From: Chlorokybus atmophyticus
Taxonomy: Eukaryota; Plantae; Mesostigma and Chlorokybus algae
Assembly (NCBI GenBank): GCA_009103225.1
Contig: RHPI01000560.1
Span: 107,465 to 171,464, forward strand
DNA length: 64,000 nt
Direction: 5' to 3'
A program made the position numbers and the translations under genes. The notes beneath the pieces are model-generated. The model did not search any database and was not told where the DNA came from. It saw nothing but the letters and a program-made list of their open reading frames with translations. This document shows positions 46,485 to 58,700 of this stretch, in pieces (the stretch's first letter is position 1; each line of letters starts with the position of its first letter).

Positions 46485-49400
46485 CTTGACGAGCGGAGAT
46501 AGCGGCCAGCTGCGGAATGCGGTATGACTTTTTTGGCGAATGAGCGCCCCTCACACAAGTAAGCACAGTTCTTGAAAGGCTTTAAAGCGCCATGCTGGAG
46601 GTTGCTCGACAGATCTGCGTTACACCTAGACGTGAGCTTCAGGTCGGGCTAACTTCCAGTTTTGGTTACTTACAACCGCTACAAACAGCTGGCAGACTGC
46701 ATATGCGGCTAAGTCACTACGACTGCCATCACTGACATATACCACCAATACATGAGTGCCACGTCTCGCTAATATACGTTGACGTTGGCATATTGGCAAG
46801 TGGGCTTGCGGCCCCGATGGACCAGCAGGACCAAGTGTCCTCCGGCATGCAGCATGGCAACCAGTAGGACAGCCACGAGGTCAACAACCAGATATTGGGC
46901 CAAGATAACCAAGACACACCTAATCAATGTATACGGCAGGCTGCAATGAGTTCAGCATGCTCCACTACCCAGCGCTCGATCGGAGTTAGAGACTCTGGGC
47001 TACCTGGTCAACAACCATCGCATGGTCTCTACTAATGGTCACCCGCACACACGCCAACTCGACGACATGCTTGACTCACACCACTCATTACTATTTGCCA
47101 AGCAGCCCCACTGCCATCGCCGCAGGCAACCAGCTGAGTGAGCATGCTGTGCCCACCTTGACACCAGTGCTGCCCGGCAGCAATGCGCACGCGTGGTGAC
47201 GTCAACACACGCAGATGTGAGGCCCGTTCGAATGGGCGAGCGAGTGGATTCGAAAGCTTGCAGTCCCGAAAACAAACGCCGCCGCCGCCGCCACCGCCGG
47301 CGTCCACGACGACGACGACGCCCACACCACCGCCTGCCTCACCGCCGCCTCCAACCTACTTTTTCCGTTTCACTTTGCCTTCCATTTCTTCCCCTACTGC
47401 ATCCTATCCACATATCGAGCGGCATGCCTTCCGGTTAGGACCTCCCTAACCAAGGAGCTAGAGTAGTAGCCGGTACGGCCGGCCGTGCGACCGGCTTACC
47501 TGACGTGACACTCGGCAAAATTGCCCGCTGCAGCTCCGACGACTGCCGGCGGTGGGCCGGCTTAGATTCTGGTTTATTCATGGTTAAGGCTGGATCCGGC
47601 CTCGTCTATGCCAGCTGGGGGAAAGCGTGCCAAGCGTTCCGGCCGCGACCGAGCTCAGGTCGGCGCGCTAGCTCGAACAGGAATCGAGCGGACAGGTGAA
47701 TGGATCTTAGGTTCCCCGGTAGAATGCAGTGAACTGCAAAGAATGCGGGTTTGGTTGACCTTGAAGCGGTTAAGACCTGCGAAGAAAGGTGCCTAAAGCG
47801 CACAGGTGATGATTGCGGGTATTACGAGAGAAAGATGCCAGCAAGCGGGCACCCGCCGTTCTGCAAAAAGGGCGGTTGTCAGTTTTTTATTCCAGCTTGG
47901 GAGTCAGAGTCCCATCCTACATGTATGCCAATTGTGAAGGCTGCTCTAACGGAGTTTCGCTCGGTCAACATGGACGATGAGTTGACGGCCGAGCCGATAT
48001 CCTCACGCGCGAAGGCTACATAGAGGCCAATTGATTAGAAGGCTGTCAGACGACCTATATCTATAGACCGCCCAGCCTACTCGTCGATTCCAGAACAACG
48101 GTTCGCGGTCGTACCGTTGCGGGGGATATGCTGCATTTTTGGTTAATCAGAGCCCCTTCCTGACTGTGTACAGGCTAAACTCAGCGCCGACTTTGCCGAT
48201 ATCGGAGGGCCAACAAACGCGACCGCGCTGATCGGTCGCGCCATACGAGGAGGCGTTCTTGGGGCTTGTAATTCACAGCCTACCAACCGGCTGCTACAAA
48301 CCGGTCGCCCCGGCAAGATGCATAATTGGCAGAAAAAAGAAATCGGATTCTGGTTGTCCAAGTGCCCAACATTTGTGCGGCCAACGCCTTGCATACATCG
48401 ACGTGGGCGCGATCTAGTGCGGTATTCAGGGCGCCGAACAGCTGCGAAGGCCTCTACAGGTGTGCAAAAATGACGACGGTGACTTGACAATCATGAAAGC
48501 GCTCGAGATCGCGACCGGTACCGGCCGCTTCCGGGCACATTACCATGATGCCGGCCTCGACAACGCCGCCCGGTACTGCAGCTACATTCCAATGTCTAGA
48601 CCTGATTCACCAATCAATGCAATAGTGTCCGGCTTGACCTAACCCTAGACACTGTAGAGGGATGGAAAAAATCCGCGGTGTTTTTAGCCATGGGTTGGCG
48701 TACGGATGGACGGCTGCGAGCGAGAGTCCGAGCACTAGGCCTTTTGTCCCGCTGACAGGTTTTGACTTTGTCTCTCGCGGCCACGGGCTCGGGACGACCG
48801 GGGACAAAACACGCAGCACATTTGAAATTATCTTAGTCACACCTTATGACTCCAAGCAAACCAGACAAAAGGCCCATTCGAGAGGCGTTCCAAAATCCAA
48901 GTTCGCCGAAAGGAAACGGCGGGCCAAATCCAAGTGCGCCGGAACATGAACATGACGTCTAACCTCGCTTCATGACTCATGACCTTGCCCCCCTATGACA
49001 CCCACGCTTTCGTTACCAAATCACAACGAGAGCTTTGACTTGTCACACTCGCTGTAAGGATAAGTATTGCTTGTACGGATCGTTGCTGCATCAAGGGCAT
49101 GTATAAGATTATCTTTTTACGCCATGCTTGTGCTGCAAGGGTTAATTTTGCAGAAATGATTTGCATGTTGTGTTACATTTGTTATATGCAATTGTAGGTT
49201 TCCGTGTCTTCCACAAATATTATATGTTTAATATTGTATAGTTTTAGCAATCATCTATTGTTTGGTTACAATTAAGCTTGCATATTAATATTTTAATTCA
49301 TGAAACACGAGCTCGTTGAAGTCATTCTTACATGCCGGTGTATAATAGTAAACGTATAAGTTTTAAAAACACTATTATGGTATATATCTTGCATTATAAT

Positions 49401-50086
49401 GTTTACCAGAATTGGTTTATGTACATGATTCAATGTACAAATCAATCTTGTTATTCATGCTATCGAGTTTAAGATATGTAACGTGCGATGTAGCTTTATC
49501 ATGTTTTGGTAATTGTACATTATTTTTAATACCTTTACTTCTAATTAGAGCTGTGTTGTTGGCGCCATGAGCATAGTTGTGCAACCAGGTTGATTCAGAT
49601 GATAATAGCCATAATTGTTTGACATAATATGCCAGGACTAAAAGCACACGCTGGATGGATCTGCTTTGGCATGCCATATTGCTTACACCATATATAGTGT
49701 ATTGATTCTTCCGCTACAGCTTTCACATTGTACCACGATCTATTTTTCACACATGACCCAGAAGGCACACATGCTGGTTCTGCTCAGATTCGTAGTTCAA
49801 TAGCTTATCTTGCTTTGCCCAGAGCTCCCCAAACACATCCACGATCAAGCACGTGCGCGTGCATGTGCATGTTCATGCGCGCGCGTGTGCATGTGCGCGC
49901 GCGGTCTGTGTAGGCCTTTGTACACTCTACCCCCGCTAAGAGAATGTTATTCAAGAGAATAACCTCGCTTATAGCGTAGAATATGAGATTACCAAACGTT
50001 TCAAGGGCAAATACTGCACCTCAAGAAAATGCAATGCCTTCAAATGAATCAGAACGACACTGCCACCGGCTGGATGTCATCTTTAA

Positions 50087-50890
50087 CTTCATGCTATTGA
50101 CGAAGAAGGATCTGTCAGCCAGGCAACGCTTGCGGAGATGCTCAAGTGCATCTTCAGTGACAATGAAAACTCTTTTCTCAGCCTCGCCCAACGGTTGCCT
50201 CTGGATCGCCAGCAATCGCAACTTGAAGCGTGCAGCTTGATGTATAATACTGGCTCCGACCCTCCCTCCTCCACCAGCCTGCCGACAACAACCTATCGCC
50301 TCGACGCTTTTCTCACCAAGATGGGCATGCCACTTCCTGCTCACTACAGCATGTGCATGAACTGCAGTGTACTCTTTGAGCAGTCATACCCCTCAGCCAT
50401 ACCCCTCTGCGGCGGATGAAGACGAAGATGATGAGGCGCAGAATATATCAGGGAAAGCAAAAAACGGATCGCTTGGATCAGCAGAGCTCCAAATGTGGAC
50501 GCCTTCGAAAGGAGCGTCATCTTCTACTACATGTCCATGGAGTCACGACTTCGTGTGATGCTCTCCGTCCCTTCCATCTGCTACGACATGCTTGCTTGCT
50601 GGCGGGACATGGATACGTGGCTTTGAAAACCTCCAAACCGACGACACTTTCCTGGGATAGAAAGCTGGCATGGCACAAGGTGGCGTGAGCTCTCGCACTT
50701 CTTTAATCCTGAAGCACTGTTCCCTCTTCCACCTGAATGCCAGTCATGCAAAGAGGTGCCAGTTAAGGTTGATGTTGAGTGCCAAGGTGGCCATGTCCGC
50801 TTTGATGGTTCAAACTATTCGGCGAGCAACCACTTCAACAAGTTTGCGGAGATCCGCGCAACATTGCGTTGATGTTGAATGGACGGAAGG
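50087..50890 (+). pseudogene. Decayed EnSpm/CACTA-superfamily (Tnp2-like) transposase fragment
   Basis: SLPTTTYRLDAFLTKMGMP..HYSMCMNCSVLF, FYYMSMESRLRVML, ESWHGTRWRELSHFFNPE..LP..C..C and (frameshifted) GDPRNIALML occur in the order expected for this family. In-frame stops and frameshifts are present; no TIRs found. Confidence 0.6.
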
Positions 50891-51124
50891 TAGAATGCTG
50901 CTTGTGATGGCTGCGTTGTATGTTAAAGTTTCAGCTGGTTGACAAGTTGCTTGCTCTCTGTAACTTTAATGAGACCTTTGGTGTTTGGCAAGCTGGTTGT
51001 TGCTGCCACTGTTTTCAACATGCTGCTTTCAGCTGATATTTTGCTGCTGGTTGGAAACTGAGTGACTAATTGCAGTAGTAGTTCTGTGTTAATCAACTTG
51101 CTGAGTTGTGAATTGGCTCTGCAG

Positions 51125-52420
51125 ACCACATTTGAAAGTACTTCCTGGAGAAGCAGTATTCAGACGCGGGAAAAAAGCGAGGTATTGACGGGGGCCATTC
51201 CACAGAGGAGCGCAAGTAGGAAGCCAAAAAGAAGCAACGACCAGTGGTTCCTTCAGCTCTGGCAGAAGAGGCAGTGAAAGCTGGAGCGCACACTTCATCA
51301 GCCACGATTGCCCAGCCAATGCCCCTGTAGTGCTGTTGGCGCCAATGTCCAATCAGCCCCTGACCGACGAGGAACTTCGTGCAACCTGGCTAAGCGAAAG
51401 GTCAGTGCACGTGCAAGTCTTTTCGTGGAGTGGAGTGTGCTTCTTGTGGTTGCCTTAAGTTGCTTGCAGGGAGTCGGACGATTATGATGAAGCGCTGGTG
51501 TACAACATCAGCAATTGCGTGCCAGTGGGCATTGCCATTGTGGAGGTGGTTTCCCAGGCGGAGACACCATGCCACTCCTACCGCGTCAAGGTGACAGCTT
51601 GGTTCAAGGTGGCCCCTACTGGTACAGACAAGCTGTGGCTGCCGGCCAGACGCGCGGACTTCTTCTCCCACGGTTGGCAAATGAATGAAGTGTCGGCAGA
51701 ACGCATGCTAGTAGGCACTGCTCATGCCCACCTTTTGCTGCTGTACGCATGTTGGCATCCACCTATTGCTGCTCTGTCAACCCCACTGCCCACCTTTTGC
51801 TGCTGTGTCAACACCCCATCCACCTTTTGCTATTGCACGACACCCCTTGAGCACCTTTTGCTGCTGCGCGACTTAACCTATCCACCTTTTGCGCATGCGC
51901 GATTTCCAGTGGCCACCTTTTGCTGTGGCGCGACTCCACCTAAGCACCTATTCTTACTAATGTTACCTTGTGATTGCTACTGCTGGGTTTAATGCTTGTT
52001 TGTCATGCAGAGCCGTTGCTGCGAATGGCCGTTTACATTCGTGGCCACTTCTGCTGATTGCCCTTGCACATATTGCGAGGACAACACGCGGGTGCGGCTA
52101 GATGAATGCGTTGCCGACTTGGTGCGTCCTGTGCAGAGCCAACGTGAAGAGGTACTCTGTTGGCGTGTTCTACTGTTCATGCTGTCTTACACCTAGGTCA
52201 GTAACATGCAATTGCTCGTGCAAACAGAAACAGTACCCCGAACAAGAGCTGCTGCCCAAATGGGCTGCGATGTGTTGCGGTACTGTGCACGTTCCTAGCA
52301 GAGTGCAGATGATGGACGTTTACAAATACTGGCGGCAGAAATACAGCTGAATGCTGGAGGATCTGCCATATAACAGCGCCGAGGGTATGGACGTCGTCTC
52401 CGACCTACGGATCATGAATT
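51125..52420 (+). pseudogene. Spliced, degenerate accessory ORF, probably of the same DNA transposon
   Basis: GT-AG bounded pieces (...PLTDEELRATWLSE|RESDDYDEALVYNISNCVPVGIAIVEV...; WCVLCRANVKRYSVGVFYCSCC) with stops. The 31-bp array lies in a predicted intron. Confidence 0.35.
51728..51955. repeat. Eight phased copies of the core CCACCTTTTGCT at a 31-bp period with variable spacers
   Basis: Cores start at 51728, 51759, 51790, 51820, 51851, 51882, 51913 and 51944. Confidence 0.9.
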
Positions 52421-53083
52421 ACCTGTACCAATTGGCTGTTGCCAAGAGGTGGCTGAGGGCAGACCCTGACTTAGCGGGCGAGTTGTGATGGGAGTCGGCA
52501 CGCATGCTCCCAGGTACAGTAGACTTTACATAGCCTTTTCCAAGGCAGCTCCTCAAGGTGACTGACATGCCCATGCAATTGACAGGCCTCCGCAATGAAG
52601 AGAGGAAGCCAGAGGAGCAGAGGTGGAGACCAAAGCGTAGGTGGTTGAGACCCACTTGACGGTGAGAGTCAAGAGAAGCAAGCATTATGTGTGCACAGCA
52701 TGCGCGCTTGTTTAAGGTGGTGACTGTGCTTCGGGTACAAGTGTGCAGGTGTGCGCAGCGCCGGTTGTCATTGCCACCTTTTGCTGTAAACACGCGGGGA
52801 GGAGTGGTGTAGATAGTGATAGCAGTTGCTGTAGCCAGCTTGTTGAACTTTCGTGCATGCCTATAAAGTTCTTGTACCACGTCTCGCTGGACTGCATGTA
52901 TGCATGCACCATGATATGTGCCAAATGTAGCACCAGCAAAGCCCACCAAGCATGGTGCGGACTAAGCATACCAAGCATGGTGCAACTGTTGCGCGCCATG
53001 ATTGGTTACCTTGGCAAGGCAGGCAGCATTGATCATATCGTGTAACGGGAAGGTACATCATATTACCACAAATCGACCGTAAA

Positions 53084-53422
53084 TGTAACGGTGTGCTACC
53101 TCCATAGAGGTTCCCCGCCCTTATTTAGGATTAAATAAGGGTCCCAACGGGATTATACAGCCTATTAAGCCTTATTAGGGCCGTTAACCTAGTGTTAAGG
53201 CCCTAATGTAGTGTTACTTAACTATAACACTAATATCGACATGAGACATGAGTCTCATGTTGATATCAGCTGCATGGCGGCGCTGCTAACGCAGCGGCCG
53301 CCATAGCCAGAGCATCTTTTGCTCTGGCAACTGCCCCGGCAGTGGCGGCGGCGGCGGCGAGGCTGGTGGTGGTGTTGGGGTAGGGGATTAAAGGGAGGAG
53401 GGGCACACCCTCTCTCCTGACA
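53084..53422 (+). repeat. Chromovirus 5' LTR
   Basis: Matches 59611-59949 except at 53232 (A/G), 53261 (T/C) and 53352 (C/T). Confidence 0.98.
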
Positions 53423-54250
53423 TTGGTATCGGAGCACGGGCGGCAAGGGGCCTGTGGGAGGGGCGGCGGCAGGCGGCAGGCACTGCAGGGGCGGCGGCAG
53501 GCACTGCGTCGGCAGGCGGCACTGCGGCGGCAAACTAGCGGTAGTTAAAAGTTTTGTTTGGTTTAACTGTTGTAGTTAAACGCTGCTGCTGGTGCCTAGC
53601 CTAGCCTAGCCTAGCCTATGCATGCCATGCCATGCCATGCCTAACTTGTCCTAGTTTAGTTGTTATTGTGTGAAGGGGGGCGGCCATCCAGGCCCCTCCC
53701 TGAAGCATTGCATCCAAGCACATAACATAGTAATCATATATTGTTTACTATAATCTTTGTGTGCTAACCACCACGTGGATTCGTGGTGGTGAAGGGCTTT
53801 TTATCTATTTTTTTGGATAAATTCCCTTGGGGGCAGTTCGGTGGCAACATCGACTGTCTCGGTACCGCCAGTCAGTGCGGTGAGGCCGCCAGAATTTTTC
53901 TGTGCGGTCGATATCAAACTCACAACTCACAACTTGTCGATATCGGCCTGTAGGGCTGATTCAACGAGATTTTGGCACTTTGGGTGTCAATTGTGATTGT
54001 AAGTTGAGCTGGGTTGTACAAAGTGAAAACTTTGAGCAGCCATAGCTCGTGAGCCGTCGCGTGCATTCGCGTGCGGTTTGTTGCACAGTGATTGTCTAGT
54101 TGAGAGGTGTGTGGAGAGCTCTTGTTTGGGCTGAATACTCCACGTTTACCCCTCCAAACTTGACAGGACAAAATCACTAGTATTCGACGTTTTCATAGTG
54201 CACAACTTTCCGTGTTTGTGCACTATTTGAACAGTGTTATCCTTGGGCAG

Positions 54251-55717
54251 ATGTCTGACCAAGGAGAGGGAGGTGAAAAGTACTTCACCGTCCCTGATTC
54301 ATCATCCTCATATGAGCCATCCAGTGATGACAAAGTGAGGGACTCGGACACGAGTGAGAGCTATAAGCTCACTGACAGTGACAAGGAAGAAGAGGCTAAG
54401 CAAGATAGCGAAGCTTCCCCCGACCTGTCTACCCACAGTGAGCCAGCTGTAATGGACACACCGAGTGTCATTGGCGGAGCCATTGAAAAGTATGCGCGCG
54501 AGCGCAAGACTTTACTTGACGCCCACCCGCAGCTTCGTCAAGAAGTGTGGGATGCATGGGCGCAGAAGGTTCGTAATGGCTATGAAACAGATTTTGCCAC
54601 TCTCCCTCGCACTAGTAAGGAGATGGTGATCCGCATGATTGAGCACGAGTTGACGAACAATGTTCCGCCACTCGTGCGTGGTGATCCAAAAGTGGCTGCT
54701 CTGATGGCCGTCTACGATAGGCCGCTCCCATACGAAGGGAAGCGGATGGCGTTTGAGGCCTTAGCCAACTTGATGGTTGAAACGCAGCAGCGTTGCAAGG
54801 ATGTGTTCTGGTACTTGGGACCTAACTTGGAAAATAAGTTGGCTGGCCGAGTGAAGTTGGAGGCACGCCTCGATGCGATGCAATCTGAGTTGATGGCGCT
54901 GCGTCAGCAAGTAGCGGGTGCTGCTTCATCAGTTGGCGCATCAGTGGGGCTGCCGGTTACGGCATTGAACAAACCTGAAAAGTTCAAGCCTAACGGTAGT
55001 GTAAGTATCCATGATTGGGTGGTGACTGTCGAACATTACCTGACAGCGCTAAAGCGCCCGGTGGGTGAGCACGTTGCCGTTGCTGAGTTGCTTATGCCAT
55101 CTGATGCTCTCGCCGAGTGGGCACGACAAACAGAGCATGGCGCTGTGAAGACAGTACCAGCACTGTTTCAGTTTCTGATGGAGCGCTATGGTGGCATGGA
55201 TCCGGCTACTCAGGCTCGTAACAAACTTAGCAAGTTGCGACAGAATGGTCGAGCAGCATCAGTGTATCTGCAGGAGTTCCAAGCATTAGTTGGTCGTGCC
55301 AATAGCGGCCTGATGCCTATGGACAAAGCTGAGCAGTTCGAGTTGTACAAGCGTGGCTTGGATGCGCGTGTTCGCGATCAGCTGCAGTACAACACTGCAA
55401 CGGGGCTTCCTTGGGTTCCTGATGACTTGGCCAAGCTGCAAAAGCTAAGTGTTTACCTGTACAATGATGACACGGTCGTGCAGGAAAAGTCGAACGTGAC
55501 AGCTATGGCCAAGCCGCAAGGGGGGGAAATAAAGCGCTATCCTCCGCCGAGTGTACATGTGGCGAAGAAAGCGAAGACATTCGCTCCTCGAATTGGTGGT
55601 ACGTCTGCTGGTAATGCACCTACTGCAGCTCGCACCTGTTTCATCTGCCATCAGCCGGGTCACGTTGCAAAGGCCTGTCCTACGAAGGCGAAGGGCAAAG
55701 CCAAGAAGGTTGAATAG
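54251..55717 (+). CDS. gag: Chromovirus Gag with CCHC zinc knuckle
   Basis: ATG at 54251; capsid-like KPEKF...W...VEHYL...QARNKLSKLRQNGRAASVYLQEF; CFICHQPGHVAKAC; TAG at 55715-55717. Confidence 0.9.
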   Translation: MSDQGEGGEKYFTVPDSSSSYEPSSDDKVRDSDTSESYKLTDSDKEEEAKQDSEASPDLSTHSEPAVMDTPSVIGGAIEKYARERKTLLDAHPQLRQEVWDAWAQKVRNGYETDFATLPRTSKEMVIRMIEHELTNNVPPLVRGDPKVAALMAVYDRPLPYEGKRMAFEALANLMVETQQRCKDVFWYLGPNLENKLAGRVKLEARLDAMQSELMALRQQVAGAASSVGASVGLPVTALNKPEKFKPNGSVSIHDWVVTVEHYLTALKRPVGEHVAVAELLMPSDALAEWARQTEHGAVKTVPALFQFLMERYGGMDPATQARNKLSKLRQNGRAASVYLQEFQALVGRANSGLMPMDKAEQFELYKRGLDARVRDQLQYNTATGLPWVPDDLAKLQKLSVYLYNDDTVVQEKSNVTAMAKPQGGEIKRYPPPSVHVAKKAKTFAPRIGGTSAGNAPTAARTCFICHQPGHVAKACPTKAKGKAKKVE

Positions 55718-58700
55718 GATTACGCTGTGGCTGATGTAGCAAAGGTTGATAGTCAGTTGCTTGAGATACAAGCAGTTAACTGGTTTGATAATCTGTCTCA
55801 AATGCATGTAATGACGCATGCATGGCAAACACATCACAAGTTACCACTGTTTGATGTTGCAACAGTGGAAGCAAATACTTGTGTACTGGTACATGTGAAA
55901 TTTAACATGCTTACCGACGTGTTGCACACATTGAGTGAATTGCAATGTAAACACAGATCCCTGAGTGTGGTAGCAATGGTGCCAAAATATCATGGCCCAT
56001 GGTTGAAGTATACTCGAGGGGGTACTGTTTTAAAACAATTCACCAAGCGCGAGACTGGGACAATTCGATTATCAGCAATATTAATCAACCCCCGCATTAG
56101 TCACGGATTCTTGGCTACCTTTCAAGGACGAGTGGTACCTTTGTTGTGGACATTCAGTGGCACAATGCAAGGTGTGAATAGCTCGTTTTTGATTGACACT
56201 GGTGCGACACACAACTTCGTGGACGAGCAATGGGTTGCGCGCAATAAAATCATGCGCAAACCCTCAGCATTTTCGGCTGCCGGTGCTGGGGGTACATTGC
56301 CAGTGACGGGAGAAGTAAAATTGAAGGTTAAAATTGGTAATTATTATGCCAATCTTGCCTTTATAGTAGTAGCAATCAACATATCTGGTGTTGATGTGGT
56401 ACTAGGCCAAGAATGGCAAAATAATGTCACAATGACATTGGATACGGGTGCACGCTTGTGCACAGTAAAGAAAGGCGGTAAGCGGATTACATTGTCTGTG
56501 AAAGGGTCGCATAGCTTGGAATTCAAGCAACCCGACCCTGCGTTACTCACGGCACTACAGGTGAAACGTGCGTTGCGCAAAAACACACCGGCTTTTCTGG
56601 TACATTTGTCTTCATCAGATGACATTGCGCCGGGTAGTACTGAAGGTGTGGCAGACCTCATTGAGGAATATCAAGATGTGTTCTCAGATGAGTTGCCGGG
56701 CTTGCCTCCTGACCGAGGTGTCGGACACACTATACCATTAATTCCTGATAGTGATCCTCCTTTTCGGCCAATATATAGGCTAAGCCCTAGAGAAAGGGGG
56801 GAAATGGAAACACAAATCAAGGAGTTATTGGAAAAAGGATTGATTGAACCAAGTTCTTCACCCTTTGGCGCACCCATCCTATTTGTGATGAAAAAGAATG
56901 GAAAATTGCGCATGTGTGTGGACTATCGTGCTTTAAACAAAATCACGGTGAAAAATCGATACCCGTTGCCACGGATTGATGACGTGTTTGATAAACTATC
57001 AGGTAATGCATACTTCAGTACATTAGACCTGACAAGTGGATATCATCAGATCCGAATTCATTCCGCTGATGTCTATAAGACAGCTTTCAGAACACCTTCG
57101 GGCCATTATCAATACAAAGTGCTACCCTTTGGATTGACGAATGCGCCTGCTGTGTTTCAGAAGGAAATGAATAAAATTTTCGGTAATATACTTGGCAAGT
57201 ATGTTATGGTTTACTTGGATGACATTATTGTCTTTAGTAAAACCAAAGAGGAACATAAGCAACACTTAGAAGCGGTGTTTACTTTGTTGCGGAAGCATCA
57301 TTTATTTGCCAGCCTTGCAAAATGTGACTTTTGCAAATCGGAGTTACCATTCTTGGGACATGTTGTGAGTGGTGCGGGTGTAAAGCCTGACCCTCGCAAG
57401 GTGCAAGTTGTCAAGAATTGGCCTCAACCCAAAAATATTCATCAACTGAGATCATTTTTGGGATTGGCAAATTATTTTCGCAAATTTATGATGGGTTATT
57501 CTACAGTTGTAATGCCCTTGACTAAATTGTTGCGAAAGGACGCGCCATTTTCTTGGACGTCAGACCAAGAAGCTGCTATGCAACAAGTGAAGTTAGCATT
57601 AACTTCAGCTCCAGTATTGGCATTGCCAAATTGGGATAAACATTTCACTGTGGTCAGTGATGCTTCCACCCTTGGGTGTGGTGCAGTACTACTGCAAGAC
57701 GGCAGACCATGTGCTTATGAAAGTAGGAAGTTTATCCCAGCGAAGGTAAACTACACTACTACTGAGCAAGAGTTGCTTGGTGTCGTACATGCTCTCGAAA
57801 CTTGGCAATGTTACTTAGAGGGAGTTCAGTTCACAGTGGTGACTGATCACAACCCATTAGTATACTTCCCAACGCAGCTGACCTTGTCACGTAGGCAAGC
57901 TCGCTGGAATGAGTTTCTGTCGCGATTTACTTTTGAATGGGTATATCGGCCTGGCAGAACTAATGTGGCAGATCCTTTAAGTCGCTGTCCGTCATTATTG
58001 GCAGTTATGCGTGCGCAATTGCTTGCGACGCAAGTTACATTGCCCGCTAATGATGCATTTGTGCAATCTGTTTTGCATGGGTATTCCTTAGACCCATGGT
58101 TCTCACGGCAAGAGAATATACAACAGCTTGAAGCACGAGACAACTTGTATTATATGGGTGCTAGCTTGGTGATACCTGACCATGCTGGGCTACGCATGCA
58201 ATGCATAGCTGATGTACACGACCCACCGTACGCTGGGCACTTTGGAAATCGCAAGACTACCAAGGCAGCGCAACAGCTGTACTGGTGGCCATCGTTGCCT
58301 GTTGACGTAAAGCGTTATGTTGACACCTGTGACAAATGTCAGCGTGACAAGCCGTTACGTCAGAAACCCGCTGGGTTGCTGCGACCTTTGCCTGTTCCTG
58401 ATGGCAAATGGGAAAGTGTGAGTATGGACCTTATTACTGAGCTCCCTAAGACACAATTAGGCCACACTGCGGTTGCAGTTTTTGTGGACCGATTGACAAA
58501 AATGGTTCATATTATCCCTTGTCGCACGGAGATAGGCTCCCGCGATTTAGCAATGGTTTTTGTCGCGTCTGTTTTTAAGTTGCACGGCCTGCCGCGCAAC
58601 TTTGTGTCTGATCGCGATCCGCGATTTGTAGCTCAATTCTGGAAGTCGCTATGCAGCTTCTTACGCATTCAGCAGAATATGAGCACAGCTTATCATCCAC

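Noticed and set aside
48460-48642. ALEIATGTGRF resembling methyltransferase motif I
   Set aside because: Isolated 60-aa ORF without the remaining MTase motifs or splice support; probably coincidental.
48650-48660. CACTGTAGAGG as a candidate CACTA left terminus
   Set aside because: No matching inverted terminus found downstream in the window.
51728-51955. CRISPR-like repeat-spacer interpretation of the 31-bp array
   Set aside because: Eukaryotic intronic context, 12-bp degenerate core, ~19-bp spacers and no cas genes.
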